In this document: positions 56,397 to 64,000 of the stretch, in pieces
Layout of the letters: each line of letters begins with the position of its first letter
How positions within the stretch are numbered: the first letter of the stretch is position 1
Origin: Obrimoposthia wandeli
Taxonomy: Eukaryota
Length of the DNA: 64,000 bases
Direction of reading: 5' to 3'
Assembly (NCBI GenBank): GCA_977020255.1
Contig: CDROCS010003914.1
Span: 1 to 64,000 of the forward strand
Notes under the pieces: model-generated
What the model was told of the DNA's origin: nothing
The model's input: the letters and a program-made list of their open reading frames with translations, nothing else
The model's database searches: none
Program-made: the position numbers and the translations under genes

Positions 56397-56936
56397 GTGA
56401 AATCACAGAATACGCAAATTAAAGTCCCAGTGGCTGATGCCATTGATGGCTTCATTCAAAAAATGGGTCGCGGCATCGCTTGGGTGTATGTATTACTCGT
56501 TATCACCATTATTTTACAAGTAGTGCTGCGTAAGGGCTTTTCCAATGGTTTAGTTGCTTTAGAAGAATTGCAATGGCATTTGTATGCTGTGGGTGTGATG
56601 TTTGGTTTGTCTTTTGCACAGACTACCAATTCGCATATCCGAGTAGACATATTACATGAACACTTTTCGGCTAAGACTAAACACATTATTGATATCTGTG
56701 GTGTGATACTGCTAATACTCCCCTTTATCAGTGTTATTTTTATTCACTCACTAGATTTTGTTTATGATGCTTGGCGCATTGGTGAACGTTCTGATTCACC
56801 TTCTGGGTTGCCGTATCGGTGGATTATTAAAGCGGTGATTCCTGTCAGTATCTTTTTTCTGGGGCTAGCGATGTTATCAAAATTGTATCGTGACATTGTC
56901 GGTTTATATAGAGGGGGAGAGCAACATGGAAATTAA
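56397..56936 (+). CDS. dctQ: TRAP transporter small permease (DctQ family)
   Basis: ELQWHL, HIRVDIL, E.SDSPSGLPYRW. Confidence 0.9.
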   Translation: MKSQNTQIKVPVADAIDGFIQKMGRGIAWVYVLLVITIILQVVLRKGFSNGLVALEELQWHLYAVGVMFGLSFAQTTNSHIRVDILHEHFSAKTKHIIDICGVILLILPFISVIFIHSLDFVYDAWRIGERSDSPSGLPYRWIIKAVIPVSIFFLGLAMLSKLYRDIVGLYRGGEQHGN

Positions 56937-58311
56937 TGAAATACTCGTTATCGGGATGTTCATCTCATTTATTTTATTGTTGTTTACAGGCATCCCCGTT
57001 GCTTGGGTGCTAGGTGGCATCGGTGTTATTTTTGCTGGAATTGGTTATCTGGCAGATCAGTATTTAGATACTATTACCGGTTTAGATTTCCTCACTTTAG
57101 GCTTAGTGGTAAATCGAATCTGGAAGATCATGGACAACTGGATCTTAGTGGCACTGCCAATGTTTATCTTTATGGGTAATATGTTGGATAAATCAGGTGT
57201 AGCTGAACGTTTGATGAGTTCGATGCAAGAGCTCTTTGGCCGTGTGCGTGGTGGTTTAGCGGTAACGGTTACTGTGATCGGTATCATCTTGGCAGCATCC
57301 ACCGGGATTATCGGTGCCTCAGTGGTGTTACTTGGCGTAATGTCGCTACCAGCAATGACAAAGCAGGGTTATTCGATGCCGCTCGCGCTTGGAACAGTAG
57401 CAAGTGCGGGTACTTTAGGTATTTTAATTCCGCCAAGCATTATGCTAGTAATAATGGCAGATCAACTGGGTTTATCAGTTGGCGATTTGTTTATGGGAGC
57501 TGTAGCACCAGGGCTGATGCTAGGTTCTATGTATGTAATTTATATCCTCATGGTAGGCTGGTTAAAACCTGAATCTGCACCTATCCCTGAAGATGTAAAA
57601 GCAGTTACTTGGGGAACGGTTTTTAAAGTTTTAAAAGCAGTGACACCGACATTATTTCTTATTTTCTCGGTATTGGGGTCAATTTTTGCAGGTATTGCCA
57701 CACCGACAGAAGCATCAGGAGTTGGAGCGCTCGGAGCAACTATCTTGGCACTTTACTATCGAAAATTTAATCTTAAGGTCTTAAAGAACGTATTGGGTGA
57801 TACCTATAATACCACCGCATATATCTTTGCTATTTTTATCGGTGCTACTTGCTTTGCTTTAGTGTTGCGAGAGCTCGGTGGTGATGAATTGATAGAATCG
57901 TTTTTAACTGGACTTCCGTTTGGCCCTTACGGCATTATTTTCTTTATCTTGGGGCTAGTATTCCTACTGGGTTTCTTTTTAGATTGGATAGAGATTACGC
58001 TGATTATATTACCCCTTTTAGCGCCAGTAATATCTGCGCTAGGGTTAAATATTGATGGTTATGGTGTGGTCGATAATCCAGAACTTGTTTGGTTTGTGAT
58101 GCTAGTTGCAATGACACTACAAACATCATTTTTAACCCCACCAGTTGGCTTCGCGCTCTTTTATCTAAAGGGAGTTTGCCCGCCACAAGTGAAATTAATG
58201 GATATCTATAAAGGCGTGATTCCCTTTGTTATCTTGCAGCTAATTGCTTTATTTATATTAATATATTGGCCTCAATTAGTGTTGTGGTTACCGGCTAAAG
58301 CCTATGGCTAA
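56926..58311 (+). CDS. dctM: TRAP transporter large permease (DctM family)
   Basis: LVALPMFIFMG, GTLGILIPPS, ATPTEA, SFLTPPVG, GVIPF. Confidence 0.93.
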   Translation: MEINEILVIGMFISFILLLFTGIPVAWVLGGIGVIFAGIGYLADQYLDTITGLDFLTLGLVVNRIWKIMDNWILVALPMFIFMGNMLDKSGVAERLMSSMQELFGRVRGGLAVTVTVIGIILAASTGIIGASVVLLGVMSLPAMTKQGYSMPLALGTVASAGTLGILIPPSIMLVIMADQLGLSVGDLFMGAVAPGLMLGSMYVIYILMVGWLKPESAPIPEDVKAVTWGTVFKVLKAVTPTLFLIFSVLGSIFAGIATPTEASGVGALGATILALYYRKFNLKVLKNVLGDTYNTTAYIFAIFIGATCFALVLRELGGDELIESFLTGLPFGPYGIIFFILGLVFLLGFFLDWIEITLIILPLLAPVISALGLNIDGYGVVDNPELVWFVMLVAMTLQTSFLTPPVGFALFYLKGVCPPQVKLMDIYKGVIPFVILQLIALFILIYWPQLVLWLPAKAYG

Positions 58312-58438
58312 AAGTTACCCGGGCGCGGATGATTCAATTGTGTACTCAGGTTTATTATTATTATCGTTATCAAAGTGCTATTGAGCGTAAATCAACAAAG
58401 CTCTATAGTGACCAGTATATTTTATTTGGAGAAGTTAG

Positions 58439-59617
58439 ATGGCCAGTATTTTAGAAATTGCAGATCTTAAAAGAATCGCTAAGCGTAAAGTTCCGCAACT
58501 CTTTTTCGACTACGCTGATTCCGGTTCCTGGACAGAAAGTACCTACCGTGCCAATGAGAGTGATTTCTCTAAGCTGTTACTTAGGCAAAAGATTGCGGTC
58601 GATATGACCAATCGTAGCTTAAAAAGCACCATGATAGGCCAAGATGTAGCAATGCCTTTTGCCATGGCACCAACTGGGCTAACCGGTATGCAATGTGCAG
58701 ATGGTGAAATTAAAGCTGCCAAGGCGTGCGAAGCTGCTGGAATCCCTTTTACTTTATCGACAATGAGTATTTGCTCAATTGAAGATGTGGCGGAACATAC
58801 CACCAAGCCATTTTGGTTCCAGCTATATGTGATGAAAGACCGTGATTTTATAGCGCGCCTTATTGCCCGTGCCAAAGCCGCCGGCTGCTCTGCATTGGTA
58901 CTTACTTTTGATTTACAGGTTTTAGGCCAGCGCCATAAAGATTTACGCAATGGGCTGTCTGCGCCACCAAAATTAACCCCCAAGCATATTTGGCAAATGG
59001 CACAATGCCCGCAGTGGTGTTTGGGAATGGCGGGGACTAAACGGCATGACTTTGGCAATATAGTTGGCCATGTTAGTGGCGTAGATGATATGTCATCACT
59101 GGGGCAGTGGACTGCGCAGCAATTTGATCCACAGTTATCCTGGGATGATATTAAGTGGATAAAAGAGCTTTGGGATGGGCCTTTAATTCTTAAAGGTATA
59201 TTAGATCCTGAAGATGCATTAAAAGCTGTTGAAAGTGGTGCTGATGCTATTATTGTGTCTAACCACGGTGGTCGCCAGTTAGATGGCGCTAGGTCATCAA
59301 TTGCAGCACTTGCAGAAATAGTCGACTTAGTTGGCGAGAGAATAGAAGTGCATATGGATGGCGGAATTCGCTCTGGCCAAGACGTGCTTAAAGCCCTAAG
59401 TCTGGGAGCAAAAGGCGTGTATTTGGGACGCCCATTTTTGTATGGTTTAGGCGCGATGGGTGAAGCTGGAATGGCGAAAGCGATTGACATCATTCGCAAT
59501 GAATTAGATATAACGATGGCTTTGTGTGGGGAGCGAGAGGTGATAAACTTAGGGCGCCATAATATTGATAAACACAGTGAGTTAGTAAGCAAATATCAAA
59601 TAGACTTGAGTAAGTAA
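58439..59617 (+). CDS. lldD: FMN-dependent L-lactate dehydrogenase / alpha-hydroxy-acid oxidase
   Basis: FDYADSGS, APTG, TLSTMS, WFQLY, VSNHGGRQLDG, DGGIRSGQDV, GRPFLYGL. Confidence 0.92.
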   Translation: MASILEIADLKRIAKRKVPQLFFDYADSGSWTESTYRANESDFSKLLLRQKIAVDMTNRSLKSTMIGQDVAMPFAMAPTGLTGMQCADGEIKAAKACEAAGIPFTLSTMSICSIEDVAEHTTKPFWFQLYVMKDRDFIARLIARAKAAGCSALVLTFDLQVLGQRHKDLRNGLSAPPKLTPKHIWQMAQCPQWCLGMAGTKRHDFGNIVGHVSGVDDMSSLGQWTAQQFDPQLSWDDIKWIKELWDGPLILKGILDPEDALKAVESGADAIIVSNHGGRQLDGARSSIAALAEIVDLVGERIEVHMDGGIRSGQDVLKALSLGAKGVYLGRPFLYGLGAMGEAGMAKAIDIIRNELDITMALCGEREVINLGRHNIDKHSELVSKYQIDLSK

Positions 59618-59888
59618 GCACCATCTATGAAGTAGGCAGTTCGTTGAAGCTGCCTACGTTTATGACCCCTCCTCTCTTTCAAATATTCATTTATCTGTAT
59701 TATTCAAAGTGTATTCTTTGATAAGTATGAAGCTGGATTTTCTACCGGTTTATGGTTGATGAACATATTAAGTATAGTTTTAGTATTCTTTTGGTGTAGT
59801 AAATAAGCGCTTTTCTTGTAAGGGTAGCTTTGAATAACGTTTGAAACTATCTTTATCCCACAGCAACAAACTACCAAAGGGATGAATT

Positions 59889-60341
59889 ATGAATACTTTA
59901 CAAGCAAATACTAACCAACCGACTAACGCTTACAAAATGGCTTCTTTTTGTGTTCTAGCTATTGGCATTGCCGGTTTCTTATTAGGACTATGGAATGCAC
60001 AGTTATTGCTCAGTGAAAAAGGCTTTTACTTTTCCGTTTTTCTCTTAGCATTATTTTCTTCAGTGACATTGCAAAAATCAGTGCGTGATAGAGAAGAGGG
60101 GATTGTTATTACTAAGATATTTATGAGTATCTGTTGGGCATCTTTCTCAGCGGCTATCATTTTGTTAGTCATCGGCTTAAAAAATGCTGATATGGCGTTA
60201 AGTGAGAAAGGCTTTTATGCAATGTCGTTTTTGATGAGTTTATTTGCAGTCATCACGGTACAGAAAAATACTCGAGATTTATTAGTGCAAGAAATAGCAG
60301 ATGAAGTGAAAACTACTAATGATGAGTTGATATCAAGATAG
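59889..60341 (+). CDS. yiaA: Inner membrane protein YiaA
   Basis: Duplicated GLWNA..LLSEKGFY...LF..V..QK..RD motif. Confidence 0.88.
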   Translation: MNTLQANTNQPTNAYKMASFCVLAIGIAGFLLGLWNAQLLLSEKGFYFSVFLLALFSSVTLQKSVRDREEGIVITKIFMSICWASFSAAIILLVIGLKNADMALSEKGFYAMSFLMSLFAVITVQKNTRDLLVQEIADEVKTTNDELISR

Positions 60342-60551
60342 GCTGGTTATAGATGTTGTTTTCTAAGAAAACCTTATGGGTTTTCTTATTCATTTCTACT
60401 AGCTGATGGTGCACTTTCTTTACATGATATGCGTGATGGATAAGGGGTTGATTATATGCATACAGTGAAAGCTTGTGATCGCATCTATCACTAAACCTGT
60501 ATAACATAAGCTTTGATACGTTAGCTATTTATACAGGAAGATTCGTAAGGC

Positions 60552-61292
60552 ATGAAATACCAAATTAACGCTAATTTTCTTAAAAATAAAGACTTCATCT
60601 TAGACATTGATACTGCGTTTATGCAAAGTGATCTAGTATTACAAGATGCTCGCAATAAAATAAAAAAAGTACGCGGCGATGACCTTGATGTAGTTGTTAA
60701 ATCTTTCAAGGTTCCTAACTTCTTAAATAGCCTGCTCTATACATTTTTGAGGCAATCAAAAGCGCGAAGGTCATTTGAATACTCTCTGAGAATTGCCAAT
60801 TTTGTGCCCCAAGGCGTAGCCTATATAGAGTATTTTGAAAAAGGCCTGCTGGCCAAAAGTTACTTTATTAGTGAAGCTTTTGATTATGATTTTACTATTA
60901 GAGAGCCTTTGTTAGATCAAAATTTTGTGAATAAACAACAAATATACAAAGCGTTTGCATTATTTAGCTATCGCTTACATGAAGATGGCATACTGCATAA
61001 AGACTATTCACCTGGTAATATTTTAATCAAGAAAGAAGCTGATCAATATGTAGTGAAAGTCATTGATATCAATCGTATGGCTTTTCACCCTTTATCATTG
61101 AAACAACGCATGCACAATTTCTCTAAATTATGGGCAAGTGATGATGATTTAGAGATGATAGTGGCTGAATATGCAAAACTAACTGATTTTGATCCTGCCC
61201 AGTGTCAAAGTTTAGCTAAGTCCTATAATCAGCAAAATAAGCGTTTTAAGAACTTTAAAAAAAGACTGAAAGGTCTACCAGTAACTGATTAA
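60552..61292 (+). CDS. Lipopolysaccharide-kinase-like protein (Kdo/WaaP/InaA family)
   Basis: VVKSFK, SKARRSFE, LHEDGILHKDYSPGNIL, IDINR kinase motifs. Confidence 0.85.
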   Translation: MKYQINANFLKNKDFILDIDTAFMQSDLVLQDARNKIKKVRGDDLDVVVKSFKVPNFLNSLLYTFLRQSKARRSFEYSLRIANFVPQGVAYIEYFEKGLLAKSYFISEAFDYDFTIREPLLDQNFVNKQQIYKAFALFSYRLHEDGILHKDYSPGNILIKKEADQYVVKVIDINRMAFHPLSLKQRMHNFSKLWASDDDLEMIVAEYAKLTDFDPAQCQSLAKSYNQQNKRFKNFKKRLKGLPVTD

Positions 61293-61301
61293 TTTAATAC
61301 T

Positions 61302-62546
61302 ATGAAAAATAAATTTGTTTGGGATAAATATTCAGATCAGCCATATCCTTTGGCAGATAAGAAATATAAGAAAATGATGAAAAAAAGACATATAGGTGAT
61401 TTATTACCTTTGTTTTTTACCAATTTAATTATTTTTCCTCTGGGTGTGCTGTGTTCATTTTTGTTTAAAAATCCTGAGCGTAAAGCGGATCAATTTTTTG
61501 CCCTTTGTGTCAACCTTGATAAAGGTGATATTCAAGCATCATTAGTGAATGAGCTAAATTGCGAAGATATCCAAATAAGGGTGCCGTTAGCGGATATCTC
61601 GAATCTCGATCAGTATGTAGCTTTTGCTCAAAAGTTTACTAAATCTCGAATTCTTATTAATGTGTTACAAGATAGAGAGCATATTGATAACCCTGCATTA
61701 CTGGGCCAAAATATTACGCTAATTTTTACCGCGTTTAATAAAATAGCGCATCAGTTCCAAATCGGTAATGCGATTAATCGCACTAAATGGGGATTTTTTT
61801 CAGTAGCTGAATACCTCGATTTTTATCAAACAGTGCAGCAGATTAGAGATAGGGATTACCCTCATTTACTATTAATTGGCCCGAGCGTAATTGATTACGA
61901 ATATCACTTTACGATAAGAGCACTGTTTAATGGTTTTAAAGTGAAATACGACAAGCTTGCAGCGTTGCTTTATGTGGATCGTCGTGGCGCACCTGAAAAT
62001 ACGCAAATGGGTATTTTTGATACCACCAGAAAAATTGATTTTCTATATGCTTTAGCCAAACTCAGTACTCAATCAACAACCGATATCATTATCAGCGAAG
62101 CTAACTGGCCGATTACCGGTACAGCACCTTGGGCACCGACTAGTGAGACGGAATGTGTCGATGAAGAAACTTATGCTAATTATCTGCTGCGCTACTATTT
62201 ATTAGCGCTAGGCAGTAAAAAAGTATCTAGTGTGTATTGGCACCAGCTAATAGCACCGGGTTTTGGTTTGATTGATAATCGCGAAGGACTCAATAAAAGA
62301 GTTGCCTTTTATGTTTTTAAACAGATGTTGAGTGCTTTACAAAATGTGGTGGTTAAAGAGCTAAAAGTAACCGGACAGCGCTATCATTTACACTGTTATA
62401 AAGAGCAGAAAAACATCAGTGTTGTTTGGCTAAACAGTGATGATAAGCAATTGTATGAAACTCTAGATAAAGTCTTCGATAAAACAGGGCAGTTATTGCA
62501 AGCCCCCATTTATATAAGTGCTAGCCCTATCTATATTTTACATTAA
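61302..62546 (+). CDS. Membrane-anchored glycoside-hydrolase-like (TIM-barrel, clan GH-A-like) protein
   Basis: N-terminal TM, QIGNAIN, IGPSVIDYE, LYVDRRGAPEN, ISEANWP, VYWHQL; family assignment is inferred. Confidence 0.6.
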   Translation: MKNKFVWDKYSDQPYPLADKKYKKMMKKRHIGDLLPLFFTNLIIFPLGVLCSFLFKNPERKADQFFALCVNLDKGDIQASLVNELNCEDIQIRVPLADISNLDQYVAFAQKFTKSRILINVLQDREHIDNPALLGQNITLIFTAFNKIAHQFQIGNAINRTKWGFFSVAEYLDFYQTVQQIRDRDYPHLLLIGPSVIDYEYHFTIRALFNGFKVKYDKLAALLYVDRRGAPENTQMGIFDTTRKIDFLYALAKLSTQSTTDIIISEANWPITGTAPWAPTSETECVDEETYANYLLRYYLLALGSKKVSSVYWHQLIAPGFGLIDNREGLNKRVAFYVFKQMLSALQNVVVKELKVTGQRYHLHCYKEQKNISVVWLNSDDKQLYETLDKVFDKTGQLLQAPIYISASPIYILH

Positions 62547-62584
62547 GGAGCAGTGGGGTCTGCAAAGAATTATTTGGATGCGTT

Positions 62585-63493
62585 TTAGTTAGACTTTTGG
62601 TTCTTGTATTGAGTGGGACTCATGCCATAAAAAGCTTTAAAACAACGGCTAAAGTGACTGGTGTTAGAGTAACCTGTTGCAAAACAGGCTGAGGTTATAC
62701 TCGTACCTGCTAAGAGCATTGTTGCCGCTTTTTTCAAGCGCAGCTGATATAAAAAATCTTTGGGGGTGCAGCCTAAGCTTTGTTTGAATTTTGCAAAAAA
62801 TTTGGTTCTACTCATGCAAGCGAGTTTGCAAAGCTTATCGATATTCAGATTTTGTGCAAGGTTTTGTTTAATGTGAGAAACAACAGCATTAAGACCATTG
62901 TGATCGGGTTGGGTGTTGCTGTGTGAAATAATAAACTCGCGTGTTTGATGCCTTAATAATCGAACAATAAGCTCTGTCACTGCAAGGTCAACCATAAAAC
63001 TGCGATCTTGATGATTCTCTGTATAAATGTGTACGATGCGGTTTAGCAATGCTTGTGTTTGAGCATTGTGATGGGTGTGTACGAGTTCTGTTTCGTATTG
63101 CCATTCGCGTTGATATTGGCTTAAAGACGATGCGGTATTTAATCCATTAACGACTTGTTTGACTCTATCAGTACTTATTTCAACCGCAAGGCAGGTGGTC
63201 GGTTGCTGGATGCAGGCAACTGGGAAATCTATTTCAACGGGGTTATTAGGTGCCATCACGAACGATTCATGGGGCAGAAAATCACATTGAAAATTATCTT
63301 GATTGGCGTGCATCACTTTTTTGCCGCTGACCATACCGCAAAACAATAGTTGATCAGAAACCAGTTCCACTCTAGAGGCTTGTTCAAACGTATCATAAAT
63401 GCTGAGCTCAGATTCAGCTGCTGCAAACGATACTTTATTTTCAACCAGCACTTGGGGTGCTTGTCGTTGCTGCTTTAAAATCTCCCGGATCAT
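62585..63493 (-). CDS. AraC-family transcriptional regulator
   Basis: N-terminal AraC_N-like region; C-terminal ACMSRTKF..F...GCTP...RLKKAA..L...C..TGYSNTSHFSR.FK..YG.SP. Confidence 0.92.
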   Translation of the reverse strand: MIREILKQQRQAPQVLVENKVSFAAAESELSIYDTFEQASRVELVSDQLLFCGMVSGKKVMHANQDNFQCDFLPHESFVMAPNNPVEIDFPVACIQQPTTCLAVEISTDRVKQVVNGLNTASSLSQYQREWQYETELVHTHHNAQTQALLNRIVHIYTENHQDRSFMVDLAVTELIVRLLRHQTREFIISHSNTQPDHNGLNAVVSHIKQNLAQNLNIDKLCKLACMSRTKFFAKFKQSLGCTPKDFLYQLRLKKAATMLLAGTSITSACFATGYSNTSHFSRCFKAFYGMSPTQYKNQKSN

Positions 63494-63621
63494 AAATAAG
63501 CCTCAATGCATGGCGATATTTGAACTGACAGTAAACTAATGTGGATTGACAGCACAGCCAATTATTTTTTTTGTACTTAGGATAGTACACAAGACAACAA
63601 AAATAACTAGAGGTAATAGTC

Positions 63622-64000
63622 ATGATATATGCAAACCCAGGTTCTTCTCAATCCAGTGTTAGTTTCAAAAACCGTTATGAGAACTATATTAATGGCCAAT
63701 GGACTGCTCCAATAGGAGGTAAGTATTTTGAAAATATTACGCCGGTGACCGGAGAAGTTATTTGCGAAATACCTCGATCAGATGCACAAGATGTCAACGC
63801 TGCAATAGATGCTGCACATGCCGCAAAAGAAAGCTGGGCTGCCACTTCTGTAACTGAGCGCTCTAACATTTTATTAAAAATAGCCGATAAAATAGAAGAG
63901 AACCTAGAGCTTTTAGCACTCGCTGAAACTTGGGATAATGGAAAATGTATTCGCGAGACAATGGGAGCAGATGTACCGCTTGCTGTTGATCATTTTCGCT
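63622..64000 (+). CDS. aldB: Aldehyde dehydrogenase (AldB/ExaC-like), truncated by the window end
   Basis: Manual translation MIYANPGS...RYENYINGQW...YFENITPVTGE...ERSNILLKIAD...AETWDNGK.IRET..ADVPLAVDHFR; GAGG SD; missing from the ORF track because it has no stop in the window. Confidence 0.9.
   Translation, partial: MIYANPGSSQSSVSFKNRYENYINGQWTAPIGGKYFENITPVTGEVICEIPRSDAQDVNAAIDAAHAAKESWAATSVTERSNILLKIADKIEENLELLALAETWDNGKCIRETMGADVPLAVDHFR

Noticed and set aside
58543-59592. 349-aa antisense ORF over lldD
   Set aside because: A stop-free shadow frame of a conserved gene; the Ser/Pro/Ile-rich composition is typical of antisense frames.

Overview
An AT-rich chromosomal segment from a gammaproteobacterium; the 16S and gene content look Oceanospirillales-like (inference from recall, no search run). 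In order: ilvI-ilvH, a 2OG-Fe(II) oxygenase with a divergent LysR, ilvY (this first ~5.3 kb is full of small indels), msrPQ, and a complete aa3/caa3-type cytochrome c oxidase operon with assembly genes. Next come two tandem rRNA operons: rrnA has no tRNAs, and rrnB has tRNA-Ile and tRNA-Ala and ends in one intact plus two degenerate 5S units. Then an unannotated 31-aa Cys-motif peptide, a Cache-domain MCP, a PgtB/PgtA-like sigma54 two-component system in front of a PhnDCEE-type ABC transporter, an ECF42-like sigma factor with a YCII partner, a large MscS, a 5TMR-PAS-GGDEF-EAL protein and an orphan trpB. The end holds a D/L-lactate locus (dld, GntR, TRAP, lldD), yiaA, an LPS-kinase-like plus glycoside-hydrolase-like pair, and AraC with a truncated aldehyde dehydrogenase. 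The best unexplained signals are a ~160-bp non-coding MITE-like family (three full copies plus a remnant, each full copy flanked by a 6-bp TANNTA direct repeat), the 212-bp-period 5S-derived tandem array, the small Cys peptide, and the Pgt-like regulator wired to a Phn-type transporter. Both rRNA operons carry patches of non-gammaproteobacterial (Firmicutes-like) sequence, probably metagenomic polishing artefacts. No CRISPR array, prophage or transposase was seen.
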